Below are positions 9,501 through 19,800 of a stretch of 45,106 nt of DNA, piece by piece. Each line of letters opens with the position of its first letter. The stretch's first letter is position 1. The notes under the pieces were generated by a model that had not been told where the DNA came from, ran no database searches, and was given only the letters and a program-made list of their open reading frames with translations. The DNA lies in assembly GCA_020430505.1 (NCBI GenBank), contig JAGQJT010000006.1, positions 1 to 45,106 on the forward strand, read 5' to 3'. This DNA comes from Nanobdellota archaeon. Its GTDB lineage: Archaea > Nanobdellota > Nanobdellia > Pacearchaeales > GW2011-AR1. Position numbers and translations under genes: made by a program.

Positions 9501-12500
9501 ACCATTAGTAGTTAAAGGACCATAAAAAACATTTCCTTCAATTTCTAATCCAGAGGGCCTATAAGATCGAGTATTTGAAACAAGCAAATTAAATTTATTT
9601 CCAGTAGTTGTTTTATTAAATAAGTTATACTTAAAAACTTGGTTTTCTCCACTTACAGCTTGAATTGTATCTCCTCCACAATCATATGGGAAAAGAGTTT
9701 CATCATTTGCACAACTTTCAGGCATTCCATCACCTTTCCCTGCTTCACCAGGGCAATACATATAAGTTACGCCATTCTCAGGACATAAAACTCCATTTGG
9801 ATTTGTTTCCAAATACTTAAACCATCTCAAATTTGGATCATGAAGGTAATTTCCAATAACTTGAAGATCATCCACCCATTCAACATAAACTAAATCATCA
9901 CTTGAATAAGCCAATTCATTACCTATTAAATGTGTTCCGGAATCATAGGGAGTTGTTTTACCTCCAACATGCCTAAAAACATTATAAGTAGAATAATTAT
10001 GATTAAAACTAGATCTTAAAATTGAATCCTGAACAGTAATATCAGAACCGACACCATTTGTGGTTTGACCCCCAACTATAGCTTGAGGAGAAGAACCGCA
10101 ATTGTTACTTTCTCCGTCCCAAAACAAATCCAATCCATCAACAATTAAATCAGAAGGCGTATCAGAAGGTCCTCCAAAATAAATTATTCCTGTCCCTCCA
10201 GTACAAAAAGTACTTCTAATCAAAGGTTTTTCCCCAGTACCATAATAAGATAAAGCGACATGATCATCACCAGCAAATGAAATATGATAATTTGTAAGAA
10301 CCAACTCAGTACCTTTTTTGAAAAAATAAGCAGAATTAGAACTTGTCCTATAATTACTTCCACTAGTGGATAAGAAAGATAAATCCTTGTATGGTTGGTT
10401 TATTGTTCCAGTAGAAGTACCTGTATAAGTCGGATCAATATAATACACATTAGCATAATCGCTAGGATCAACATCTAAGAAAAGCGCAGAAACATTAAAT
10501 TCCACACTAGAATTTCCTCCTGTACCTCCAGTGGTTTCACACTGAGTTGTATCAAAAGTACATTCATTTGCAGTTCCAGAAGCATAACAAGACAAGATCC
10601 CTCCCTCAAATCCTAAACCAGTACAACTATTTGGGATTGAAGTTCCATCACACTGTTCTGTTCCCTCGACAACATTATTCCCACAGATTTGAGTTGGACT
10701 AGCACAAGTTCCATCAACACAACCATAAAGACAATCAACATTATTCCAAAGGATATCATTATTTTGACAAGATCCTTCTTGCAAGTAATTTGTTCCACAA
10801 TAATCATTATAGAGTGTTGAACTTCCATCAGAGTAAGTTACAGTTACATTTCCTTTTATTCCAGAGTTTAGACCATCGCTATCCACACATGAAACAGGAA
10901 CTATTAATTCGCAAGAATCAGAAGAAGTACTACACCATTCTTCTACAGAACATCCACAATCTGATTCACATGTTGAACAAGTTTCATCAGCATCACAAGT
11001 GTTATCTCCACAGAAAGAAGCTTGTGTACAACCACTAGTATCAAAACTTAAACAATCATTTGAACAAGCAAGATCTCCAGATCCAAAACCTTGGCTAGAA
11101 CAAGTTTCTCCAGTTAAATTAGTTCCATCACAAACTTCAGTTCCATTCACAACTCCATCTCCACAAACTTGAGTAGGAGATAAACAAATTCCTCCAGAAC
11201 ATCCATTAGTACAAGAAACAGTTGACCATACCAAATTATTTCCAACACAAGTTGATTCTTGTAAAGAACTTCCAGAACAATAATCTGAATGAGTTGTTAC
11301 AGTTCCATTTGAATAAGTTAAAGTGACTGTTCCAAGAGTGTTTGTATTCGAACCATCGCTATCTGAACAAGTCCAAGTAACTGTTTCAGGAATACAAACC
11401 CCATTCTGACAAATTTCATTTGAAGGACAATCTCCATCAACGGTACATTCCGGAGTCACACTAACATTTGCCAAAGTTTGTATCTCACTTAAATTTAATG
11501 CACTATCAAAAACTTTTAATTCATCAACAGTTCCATTGAAATAACTCAAAGGGGAGGTAGTATGTCTTCCAAGCATCCATGAACTAGAAGGGTTTATCTC
11601 TGGTTCGCAGCCAACTAAAGAAAGAGTTGAACCTTTTTGAACCCCATCAACATAAAACTTAGCACTATCTTGTGCTACATAAGTTAGGGCAAAATGATGC
11701 CACTGATTATCTAAATAGGAACCAGCAGAAGTAGTTAATTCTTTTCTTCCACAACCATTATCCCCATCATCAATATCTATTCTGAAATTACTACCTTCCT
11801 TCATTATAAGTAAATATTCTGCTTCTCCATAACCCCAACCAGTTTGGAAAATTGTCTGCCCGTGGCTCGTAGGCAAATTATTTACTTTTGCCCAAAATGA
11901 AATTGTCGCTTCAGAGAAAGTTTCCCCGGGATCACTAATTGTAACAAGATCATTAATCCCATCAAACTTCAAAGCAGTTCCAGAAACTCCAGAAACCCAT
12001 GTTGGGCCATTAAGATCTCCGTCATAATTATTAACAGAATCTCCAATTGAAGAACCAGATCCTTCATTAAAATCATAATATGCGATTAATCCAGTAAGAA
12101 CAGGTTGATTATAACCGCACTGACTTGTATCATATGAACAACTTGAACAACTAAATGTTCCATAATCATAACCTAGAGAAGTACATTGATCATTTGCAAT
12201 AGGCCCATCACATTGTTCATTTCCATTTATTATATTGTCACCACAATATCCTCCTTGAACAGTTTCAAGAGTACAAGAACTAGAACAATAATCACAACTA
12301 CTTCCATATGAAGGAGAACACAGATTTCCATTAGAAGTTCCTTCATCACATTCTTCTCCAGTTTCTAAGATAGCATTTCCACAAGTAGGAGGAGAGATAG
12401 TTGAAGCAAGGCTAACATTAAATTGATACAATTGCCATTTTTTATCATAACAATTTCTTTTCCCATTATCAAAAACTCCACAAGAATAAATAATAACATA

Positions 12501-12872
12501 ATTTTCTTCAGAAAAACTATTTGAAGAAGTCAAACCAAAATCAGAAGGAGATAATATAAGAGTTTTAGAAACAGAACCAGAAGTTATCCAACCATTTCCC
12601 CCAAAACTTCCTTGGACCCAATCCTCCCCATTAAAACTAGTATAATATTTTGAAAAAATGTAGTCATCCTCTACGCTTATTGTTAAAGGTAAAGTAGAAG
12701 AATCATTTTGAAAATTCAATTCATAACTGCTCAAGAGATAACCTGATTCAGGAAGAGAGAAGTGAGGATGAAGAGGATTAATTATAAAACCTGTTTTAGC
12801 TGGAAGATAGATTGCAATCAAAACTAACGCTACAATCAAGCTCGCAAAAACAAAAACATTACTCCACCTCAT
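6561..12872 (-). CDS. giant multidomain surface protein: TM/signal anchor, Cys-rich repeats, LamG, right-handed beta-helix, purple-acid-phosphatase-like metallophosphoesterase, DUF1593-like domain
   Basis: Cys-rich repeats: CGNAILETGEECDEG, CGDGVVNGTEVCDG and CGNNVVEGTEQCDG. LamG_3-like block: YYDFNEGSG...LKFDG...ISFWAKV...WHHFALTY...FYVDG...FNGTVDELKVF. Beta-helix end motif: DIDGNTRGGDGSWDIGAYEY. Phosphoesterase motifs: GDSG, GDFSYD, GNHD, GHEHSYER. DUF1593-like: PRVVVMSDIGGSEPDDQETFVRFLLYSNEMDVEGLIGT, plus a C-terminal Ig-like part (DASGTSDPDGDSLTYSWW). The start is set at the ATG at 12872 (MRWSNVFVFASLIVALVLIAIYL); the tracked 12977 start would overlap the upstream gene by 59 nt. Confidence 0.85.
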   Translation of the reverse strand: MRWSNVFVFASLIVALVLIAIYLPAKTGFIINPLHPHFSLPESGYLLSSYELNFQNDSSTLPLTISVEDDYIFSKYYTSFNGEDWVQGSFGGNGWITSGSVSKTLILSPSDFGLTSSNSFSEENYVIIYSCGVFDNGKRNCYDKKWQLYQFNVSLASTISPPTCGNAILETGEECDEGTSNGNLCSPSYGSSCDYCSSSCTLETVQGGYCGDNIINGNEQCDGPIANDQCTSLGYDYGTFSCSSCSYDTSQCGYNQPVLTGLIAYYDFNEGSGSSIGDSVNNYDGDLNGPTWVSGVSGTALKFDGINDLVTISDPGETFSEATISFWAKVNNLPTSHGQTIFQTGWGYGEAEYLLIMKEGSNFRIDIDDGDNGCGRKELTTSAGSYLDNQWHHFALTYVAQDSAKFYVDGVQKGSTLSLVGCEPEINPSSSWMLGRHTTSPLSYFNGTVDELKVFDSALNLSEIQTLANVSVTPECTVDGDCPSNEICQNGVCIPETVTWTCSDSDGSNTNTLGTVTLTYSNGTVTTHSDYCSGSSLQESTCVGNNLVWSTVSCTNGCSGGICLSPTQVCGDGVVNGTEVCDGTNLTGETCSSQGFGSGDLACSNDCLSFDTSGCTQASFCGDNTCDADETCSTCESDCGCSVEEWCSTSSDSCELIVPVSCVDSDGLNSGIKGNVTVTYSDGSSTLYNDYCGTNYLQEGSCQNNDILWNNVDCLYGCVDGTCASPTQICGNNVVEGTEQCDGTSIPNSCTGLGFEGGILSCYASGTANECTFDTTQCETTGGTGGNSSVEFNVSALFLDVDPSDYANVYYIDPTYTGTSTGTINQPYKDLSFLSTSGSNYRTSSNSAYFFKKGTELVLTNYHISFAGDDHVALSYYGTGEKPLIRSTFCTGGTGIIYFGGPSDTPSDLIVDGLDLFWDGESNNCGSSPQAIVGGQTTNGVGSDITVQDSILRSSFNHNYSTYNVFRHVGGKTTPYDSGTHLIGNELAYSSDDLVYVEWVDDLQVIGNYLHDPNLRWFKYLETNPNGVLCPENGVTYMYCPGEAGKGDGMPESCANDETLFPYDCGGDTIQAVSGENQVFKYNLFNKTTTGNKFNLLVSNTRSYRPSGLEIEGNVFYGPLTTNGAANTIGVYSRDDVSISNNRIFAPFNTGIYDIQTNYAEVFGNIISGENTAMQINAGVSHIYNNIFNSEGGTYGTLWLPGGTAYLKNNIFSTIPAVKYIHNTQLITQSSNNLYISSASGMSGSSVVADPEFVDSANENFHLQSTSPAIDAGTNVGASYNVDIDGNTRGGDGSWDIGAYEYVEGTTGGTGGGGGGASLIPTTQNLLVAFIGDSGAGTNFQNALNLISSEGADLVIHNGDFSYDSPTTTFVNRVDNTLGNNYVYVGSNGNHDTDEWGDIRDGCTDSTTWAGWFNCNMQENGFTPVYDDNYDRYSFEYEGLKVVFGSQAIDPTGNSDFVNQELSDDNHIWKICGWHKNQQTMQVGSKTNEVGWAPFQACLENGAIISMGHEHSYERTKTLTDFQNLVVDTNQHPLVGGVPSNPNEVVVDEGKSFAFVSGAGGYSFRDQTRCTPTSYPYGGGSGCNYIWGNIYANQQGLTTGVLFIKFYVDGNPNKAHAYFKNVNGQIIDEFDIYKGAPSAISSNYEKPRVVVMSDIGGSEPDDQETFVRFLLYSNEMDVEGLIGTNSQHGWDRGDTSTFNEIIDAYGSVLNNLQVQDPNYPSDSYLHSVVKLGQTNCVDLACVGSGKSTEGSNHIISVLNENDDRPVWFMAWGGTLTLAQALWDMENTLGYSQAQMDQITSKIKVYDIAGQDSGGAWIVQNYPNIFYTRSAYQFLAFAQGTGNPSESQRGDLSVASLDWFNSNIRNNHDPYGDKYPLKIYMWEGDSPSITYFINNGLGDVNHPYYGSWGGRFTEITDSTPPRRDHGNENVYPGGMYTDEVSETWLYGSQTYTDQYSPLYRWREEYQNDFAARMDWTLTSNFNSVNHAPNVVLNGDSTKSVLMFSANVGGSISLDASGTSDPDGDSLTYSWWVYPEPSGYTGSQQNYLNGFLNPLSGTSTTFSVPSDASSGDEFHAILEVKDDGTGYGGGSLPLTRYRRAVITVN

Positions 12873-12918
12873 TAGGTAATTTAGGAAAAAAGGGTTTATA
12901 AAAATTATTGTGGACAGA

Positions 12919-13503
12919 CTAACAAGATAAACCGTTCTGAATTCCCTTAAATGAGAGAGTATTGTTATAATCTCCACTAGGTTGTGAAGCAGGAATATCT
13001 AACCAGAATCTATAATAATTAATTCCTCCAGGAAGAATATTCTCCCCAGATGAAACATAATTAGTGGTTAAAGCGACATCATTTGTGAGACTAGGAATTG
13101 AATCATTCGTAGAAGTTGAATTAGCATAAGTTTCATTTCCCAGAACAATCTCATCTAAAGCGACGCTAGTCAATCCAGAATTTGCTTTTATACAAAAATC
13201 CACATTGGTGTTACTATCGCTAGAAACATTAATATAAAATTCTGTGGAATTTCCAATCCCAATATTATTCCCAGTTGAATTCAAATTAATTGCAGGCAAA
13301 ACACTAACATTTCCAAAATAAATTCCTGAAGAGAGATTATTGCTGAATTCAATTGCTAAATATTTCGTTATGGAGACATTTGAATCAACAAAGTCTTCTA
13401 CAACAAATCCAGAATGCACAAAATTTTGAAAAGTTAAAAGAAATAAACAAATTAAAATAATAAAAAACAAAATTAAATTCAAATTCCTCTTAATCATTAT
13501 CAA
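12919..13503 (-). CDS. small secreted sequon-rich beta-sandwich-like protein (paralogue family A, copy 3)
   Basis: N-terminal signal/TM (LILFFIILICLFLLTF). Shares with 14110..14760 and with the C-terminus of 14815..16890 the pattern GIYFGNV..LP ... NVS.DSNT.VDFCI.AN..LT..ALD.I.LGNETY.NST ... YRFWLDIPA.Q.SGDYNN...FKG. Confidence 0.7.
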   Translation of the reverse strand: MIMIKRNLNLILFFIILICLFLLTFQNFVHSGFVVEDFVDSNVSITKYLAIEFSNNLSSGIYFGNVSVLPAINLNSTGNNIGIGNSTEFYINVSSDSNTNVDFCIKANSGLTSVALDEIVLGNETYANSTSTNDSIPSLTNDVALTTNYVSSGENILPGGINYYRFWLDIPASQPSGDYNNTLSFKGIQNGLSC

Positions 13504-13508
13504 AAGAG

Positions 13509-14108
13509 TTATTTCTTCTTTTTATTCTTTTTTCTTTTAAGAAGATTCCTTGTTAACAAAATTCCCGCAATCAAAGCAACTGTAATATAAACCAGACTAT
13601 AATTTCTCGAATGTGCCAAACATTGAACTCTAACTCTTAAAGGAGCAGAAACAGAAACAGTTGTAGATGAACCCCCAGTATTTCCTTCTAAAATATCAAG
13701 TGAACCTGCTTCTTTTACTTCAACTTCCCCCTCATAAATTTTCACAGGTTCTGAACAATCTTGTTCACACATAAAACGATTGAATAAAAGACAATCCTCT
13801 TCATAAATCACAGGAGTTTTAAAACAAAACTCTACAGGAATGGCTTGATCACTAGAAGTTTGCTTAGGAATAAATTCTGATTGAGATTCCATAGAACTAA
13901 CAATTGGTAATAGTTCTTCAGATAATTCTATTTGAACATATGAATCCTTATTCCAAGGGTTGTAAACCTGATAGGTCATGCAAGTTTTTGTTTTCTCCGG
14001 AACCAAAGAACTTTCTTTATCCCATTTGACTCCAACTCCTGCAGAAACCAAAGGCACAACTAAAAGAGTCATACAAAAAATCGCAAGTAAAAAACTAAAT
14101 TTTTTCAT
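13509..14108 (-). CDS. signal-peptide protein with C-terminal TM anchor and poly-Lys tail (hypothetical)
   Basis: Begins MKKFSFLLAIFCMTLLVVPLVSA, has a beta-rich ectodomain with several Cys, and ends YITVALIAGILLTRNLLKRKKNKKKK. It is wedged 1 nt and 5 nt from the two paralogue-A genes. Confidence 0.7.
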   Translation of the reverse strand: MKKFSFLLAIFCMTLLVVPLVSAGVGVKWDKESSLVPEKTKTCMTYQVYNPWNKDSYVQIELSEELLPIVSSMESQSEFIPKQTSSDQAIPVEFCFKTPVIYEEDCLLFNRFMCEQDCSEPVKIYEGEVEVKEAGSLDILEGNTGGSSTTVSVSAPLRVRVQCLAHSRNYSLVYITVALIAGILLTRNLLKRKKNKKKK

Positions 14109-14109
14109 T

Positions 14110-14760
14110 TTATGGTGTTAAGGTCCCACAATTAAGGGTGGTTTGTACTCCTTTAAAATAAATTGAATTGTTATAATCTCCACTAGCCTGAGCTGCAGGA
14201 ATATCTAACCAAAATCGATACCAGTTTACAGAACCTGCTGCAATATTCTCTCCAGATTTTGCATAACTAGTTGTTAAAGAAACTTGACTTCCAGAACTAG
14301 GATTATTTAGATCTGTAGAGGTGGAATTATAATAAGTTTCGTTATCTAAACCAATTGTGTCTAAAGCAGCATTTGTTAAATCATCATTAGCTCCAATACA
14401 AAAATCAACAGGAGTATTGCTATCTGTAGAGACATTCACACAATAAGTGGAAGCACTAGCAGCACCGTCGTAATTATGAGTACCATTTTGATCCGTAACT
14501 GGAAGAGTTGTTACATTCCCAAAATAGATTCCTTCAGAAAGATTATCGCAAAGAGCAACAGATAGATATTTTTGAATTGTCACATTTGAAACAGTTGAGC
14601 TTTCTGTAGCATGACCAGTAAATGATAGAATAGATTTTCCCGTTTTTGCGTCAGTATTCTGAATTACAAGCAATATCAAGCATGCTACTATGACTATTAT
14701 AAGAACAATATTGAACCAACTCACCCTTTTCGTTTTCATTTTGGATAGCAAAAAAAACAT
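14110..14760 (-). CDS. small secreted sequon-rich beta-sandwich-like protein (paralogue family A, copy 2)
   Basis: Signal/TM (FNIVLIIVIVACLILLVI). Carries the same conserved blocks as 12919..13503 (GIYFGNVTTLP, NVSTDSNTPVDFCIGAN, WYRFWLDIPAAQASGDYNNSIYFKG). An alternative start is the ATG at 14739 (MKTKR). Confidence 0.7.
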   Translation of the reverse strand: MFFLLSKMKTKRVSWFNIVLIIVIVACLILLVIQNTDAKTGKSILSFTGHATESSTVSNVTIQKYLSVALCDNLSEGIYFGNVTTLPVTDQNGTHNYDGAASASTYCVNVSTDSNTPVDFCIGANDDLTNAALDTIGLDNETYYNSTSTDLNNPSSGSQVSLTTSYAKSGENIAAGSVNWYRFWLDIPAAQASGDYNNSIYFKGVQTTLNCGTLTP

Positions 14761-14814
14761 TCTTTTGTTTATAAATATTTCTTTATTCTAGTGTATGAAA
14801 CTAATTTCAAAAAA

Positions 14815-16890
14815 TCACAAACTAGATTGATTATTTATTGCTTTAAAATCTAAATTATTAAGATATGTTCCTGCTGCTTGAGCTGCGGGAGCATCCAAAT
14901 AAAATTTAAGATAGACAGTAGTACCGTTAGATAAATCGCTAGCAATTAAAGTATAATTAGTACTCATCGTTAATCTATCTAAATCTGGAACAGTATTATT
15001 TGTAGTATTCACACAGAAAGTTTCATTGCCAAGCCCAATCTCATCTAAAGATGCAGTTAGCAGATTACCGTCGGCACGCACATACAAATCAACGTAAACA
15101 TTTTCTGCAGAGATATTGATCCAATATTCAGTAACATTTCCTGTTCCATTATTTCCTTCTGCATCTAAATCATCTGCAGGAAGAGAAATCAAACTCCAAT
15201 TAACATTCCATAATAAAGAAGGAGATAAATCAATGGCAATTGCAGCAGAATCATTTATTGTAAAATTAGAAGTGTTATATCCCCAATTACCGCTAGTATC
15301 ATTACAAGCAAACAAAACTGAATGATTCCCCAAAGTCAAAATTGGATTGTAATACCAATAAGTGTCATTAACTTCATTCATTGTTACATTGCCTTGATCA
15401 TCTAAATTATACAAACAAACCGAGATATTTTCATTTTCCTCGACGGAAACGTTGAAATCTATATCAAGAGTTGAATAAGAGATATTTTCTGGGCTGATTA
15501 TTGTTACATTTGGGGAAGTTATATCAATTATTTCTAATTCATTTGAATCTGTCCATGCGCTATAAGAGTAACCATCATTAGTTCTCATAGAACATTTCCA
15601 AACATCTCCCAAAGTCAAATTTCCTTCTTCTAATTGCGTAGAGAAAGTTGTCCCATTAGATTGGCCTGAAAAAGATTCATTAAACTGAGAAACATCATCT
15701 TTTATCCAATTCACATAAACAGTCAAAGAAGAACTATCTGTATCCTCGATATAACCAGAACATTCAAGATTTGTATCAGATTCATTTCTTCCATTTAACG
15801 ATAATAAAGTCACACCAGTTGGATCTTCTGGAGTTGTACTTAATATAGTTAAAGTATTGCTCAAGACGGTTATGCCATCGTCAAAAACATCATTTGGAGT
15901 TAAAGCCACTTGCCATATTTCTCCTTCAGAAGTTTCTTGAGAAACAAATAATTCTGGATGCTTTCCTGCAAGACCTGCCTCATAAAGAGCAGAAATTTGT
16001 TCTTGAGAAAGAGAATAATTAAAAATAGTTGCCTCATCTATTAAAGCATTAGCGTAGTAGGTATTTGAAGAACCAAATCGTCCAATTCTTCTATTCCCAA
16101 AAGAATAAACTAAACTTCCACTAGTAGGTTGTTCTCCAACATATTGTCCATCTAAATAAGTTTTCTTTACTGATCCATTGAATGTAAACCCCACATAATG
16201 CCAATTACCGTCGTTAGCTCCAGAACCATGGTTAGAAACATATCTAGAACTTGTATAAACCCCTGTTCTAACGGCCCCTCCTGAATGAGGGATACTTATT
16301 TCTAATTCTTGTCCTCCAAAGATAATATGATAATTCCCAAGAGGAGTTCCAACAGCCTTAAACCAAGCAAATGCAGAAACTTCAGTTTTATAACCTAAAT
16401 CATTAGGCAAATTAATCCAATCATAATTACTAGAGTAATAGCACCCCCCGACCTTTCCAGAAGAATTCCAAATTGGAGCATTGTCCAAACTTCCTCCTCC
16501 CAAAGTCCCATTATTTTCGTAAGTGGAATAATCTCTAACCGCGCCAGAGTCTGCCCAAAAAACCCTTCTATCAAAAGGCATATTCAAAACAGCCAAACTT
16601 GTTCCATCTACTCTCCAGTCAGTGATATTTGTTATAGCCTGTTCATCAGCGTCGGTAGAAGAGTATGAAACACTTAAATTTTCTCCACTGGTATTCAACC
16701 CAGAACTAGAACTTAATAATACGTTAGAAGAAACTGGAAATCTATTTCCATTTAAAAAAAATGTATTTATGTACCCGTCTGGATTAACAATTAAACTGCC
16801 ATCTCCCCCCGAATTTATTGAGATTATGTCAGCAGATACCGAAGTGAGCATAAACAAAAACAAAAGCAAAAAAATAGCTCTAACATTCAT
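14815..16890 (-). CDS. secreted LamG-domain protein with Ig-like repeats and a C-terminal family-A domain
   Basis: Signal peptide MNVRAIFLLLFLFMLTSVSA. Contains an NITDWRVDGTSLAVLNMPFD module followed by LamG_3-like blocks (AFAWFKA, WHYVGFTF, YLDGQYVG, IDEATIFN). The last approximately 150 aa are paralogous to 12919..13503 and 14110..14760 (LKFYLDAPAAQAAGTYLNNLDFKA). The start is chosen at 16890 because it forms an ATGA overlap with the upstream stop codon. Confidence 0.8.
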   Translation of the reverse strand: MNVRAIFLLLFLFMLTSVSADIISINSGGDGSLIVNPDGYINTFFLNGNRFPVSSNVLLSSSSGLNTSGENLSVSYSSTDADEQAITNITDWRVDGTSLAVLNMPFDRRVFWADSGAVRDYSTYENNGTLGGGSLDNAPIWNSSGKVGGCYYSSNYDWINLPNDLGYKTEVSAFAWFKAVGTPLGNYHIIFGGQELEISIPHSGGAVRTGVYTSSRYVSNHGSGANDGNWHYVGFTFNGSVKKTYLDGQYVGEQPTSGSLVYSFGNRRIGRFGSSNTYYANALIDEATIFNYSLSQEQISALYEAGLAGKHPELFVSQETSEGEIWQVALTPNDVFDDGITVLSNTLTILSTTPEDPTGVTLLSLNGRNESDTNLECSGYIEDTDSSSLTVYVNWIKDDVSQFNESFSGQSNGTTFSTQLEEGNLTLGDVWKCSMRTNDGYSYSAWTDSNELEIIDITSPNVTIISPENISYSTLDIDFNVSVEENENISVCLYNLDDQGNVTMNEVNDTYWYYNPILTLGNHSVLFACNDTSGNWGYNTSNFTINDSAAIAIDLSPSLLWNVNWSLISLPADDLDAEGNNGTGNVTEYWINISAENVYVDLYVRADGNLLTASLDEIGLGNETFCVNTTNNTVPDLDRLTMSTNYTLIASDLSNGTTVYLKFYLDAPAAQAAGTYLNNLDFKAINNQSSL

Positions 16891-19800
16891 ACAAAACAAC
16901 CTCCTTGACATCTAACAGTACAGATGTTTGCAGAATCTTGCCCTTCTATACGCAAAACATCATAATTAGTTATATTGGCTGTGGTCGTGAAAGTTCCAAT
17001 TCCAGTTATGGAAATATTATTTCCTCCAACATTAACTTCGCTAGTAATATTACAACCGTCGGAACAATCAACTTCCCAATTTCCAGAACCAGAATATGTG
17101 CATGTTCCAGAAATTAAAATTGTAAGGTTCTCACTAATAATAGTCTCGCTCTCGTTAATTAAGTCATTTGCAGTAACAGCAACACTCCAATTTTCATCAA
17201 CAATAGTTTCAGAGGATGAAATTAGACTTGAAGCAATCCCATTAGATTCATTTAGATATATTGCTTGAACTTGTTCTGGAGAAAGAGTCCTATTAAAAAT
17301 TTTCACCTCATCAATTGATCCATTAAAAGCACTAGCAATATTTTGAGAGACATATCTTATTTGAGTTACATCTGCCCCTGCAATAGTGTTATTCTCTACA
17401 AAAGAGCCATTTAAGTAAACCGAAACCTCATCTCCTTGACGAACAACTGCAATGTGGGTCCACTGATCATAAGGAACTACGGCAGAAGTGAATCCCCAAT
17501 CTTGCCCATTAGTAAAACTTTCTGTACGAACATACGCGGGATCACCAGTCAAGTAAACATTTGAATAGCCAGAATATTTAGACAAAACGATATTTTTTGA
17601 CCCTCCAACATAATGAGGATAAACCCAAAAAGAAAAAGTAAAATTAACAAAAGTCAAATCAGAACCCAAATCAACATACCCAGTTCTATTAAAAGAATAA
17701 CATCCTCCAACTTTACAACTATTAGTCCACACAGGAGAATTATCCACAAAAGTGATTGTCCCATCATTTCCGTAAGTCGAATAATCTCTAACCGCATTTG
17801 TATCAACAGAAGAGATATTCAAATCAAAAGGCATATTTAAAACTGCAATGCTTGTTCCATTAATTCTCCAATCAGTAACATTGTAAATAGTGTCGTCATT
17901 AACATCTGTAGAACCACTTATTATTACAGTTAAATTCTCAGCGCTAGTATTAGTTCCCAAAGAAGAAAGTATTTCGACAAGTGGATTAGTTGGCGCAACA
18001 TTTCCTAAGGTTAAATTAACAACAGAATAACCTGTAACATTAACAGATTTCTCATCGTAAAACATCCCTTTAGTACCATTTATAGTATAATTATTATAAG
18101 AAATTGAATTTGTATAATTTTCATAATCTCTCAAGACAGTGAGTCTTTCAATTCCAGATGCAGAAGTCGTTCCAGAATCTCTAAGTACACTATTATTATC
18201 ATATGCGTAAACATTTGCACCAGAAACAGCATTTACACCGTCGGTAGCATTAACATCCACATAATCATGCAGATAATATCTATTTAAGGTCTCTTGATTC
18301 CAGTAAAGCCCTCCTAAAGTGGAAGTATTTGTTATATTAAAAGTATGATTTGATGCAGCAGTATTCATATAAAAAGAATCCCCTCCGAAATCATTATCAA
18401 CAAATACATAATTATTATTGCCCCTATAGACAACAACCACATAAGGATAACCCCCATTATTGAAACTATTATTTACAAAATAACTCTCAGTGTAAGAACT
18501 AGAATCTAGAATTAAACAGAAATTAGGGCAGTTGTAATAATTATTTGTAAAATTCTCATAATCCGTTCCCCCATAAAAAAGAGTGGCATAGTTAGAACCC
18601 CCAGAATCAATAAAATTATTTTCGAAAAGAAGATAATCTGAATCTTGAAGATAAATTGCATAATCATTTTTATCCTCTGAAATATAATTATTTGTGAAAT
18701 TATTATTATTAGAACCCACTCTTAATTTTAGAGGATTAACGTCATTTGAAAGTGTTGAGATGTTTGTATTATTCACCAAATAACCACTAGAAGAATAAAA
18801 ATATAATCCGTGAGAAGTATTTGCAACTATGTCAGAATCAAAAACAAAACCATTCGTAGAACTTCCTTGAAGTAAGCCATCATTCCGGATAGTAACATTT
18901 CTATAAGTAACGTTGTTACAGTTAGCGCACAAAACTTGACCATAATTGCTAAGATTAAGATTCTCAAAAACATAATCACTCAAAGAATCATTAAACAACA
19001 CAGGATAATCTTCAGCATAATTAGAAGTGTCAACATCATTTCCCAAACCAGAATATGCTACATAAGATGGAGCCAGTAATGAAGTAACTCTATTATTTCT
19101 CAGGATATTGTTGTCTGCACTATTTGCCAAAAAAATTCCAAAAGAAGCATCTCCCCCAGCATCATCATCGGTAGTAGATACATTATTGTTTGAAATATTG
19201 CAGTTATCTGAATAATAATTTCCTATTCCAAAAGATCTACCAAAGTCTGTATCAAATTTATTATTATAAACTGTAATATTGTCTGAAGAATAAAGGTGAA
19301 GAGCATAACAACTATAACAACGAGTGTAGACCTCATTATTAATCACTCTTGAATTATCAGAATCTCTCAAATACAATCCATAATCACCATACCCAAAATA
19401 ACCATTAGAAGTAGAAGAAACATTTACATTTTCTATAAGGGAATTAAGAGATTGATAATAATAAATACCGAAATTGTTTGTAGTACTTGCATGCTCTGTG
19501 AATATGGTCACATTTGAATCTTTCACATTTGTGTTTACAACATTCCCATATGAGTAAACTGCTATAGAATTTGTCACAGTAAGGCTGCTCAAATTAAAAT
19601 TACAATTTTGAATTAGCAAATTATCATTTCCATTATTAACCACTCCATATCCCGTACTGGAAGAAGCATAGTTTACATAGTTACCTTGACAATCCAAGGT
19701 TACATTGTCTGAAGAAATAGTAAAACAAGTATCCGTTGAAGAAGCATTGGTTGTTAACTTATAGGTCCCAGGAGAACTCAAAGTTCCACAATCTCCTACA

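Noticed and set aside
12873-12977. N-terminal 35-codon extension of the giant ORF
   Set aside because: It overlaps the 3' end of the upstream gene by 59 nt. The internal ATG at 12872 is followed directly by a typical signal anchor.
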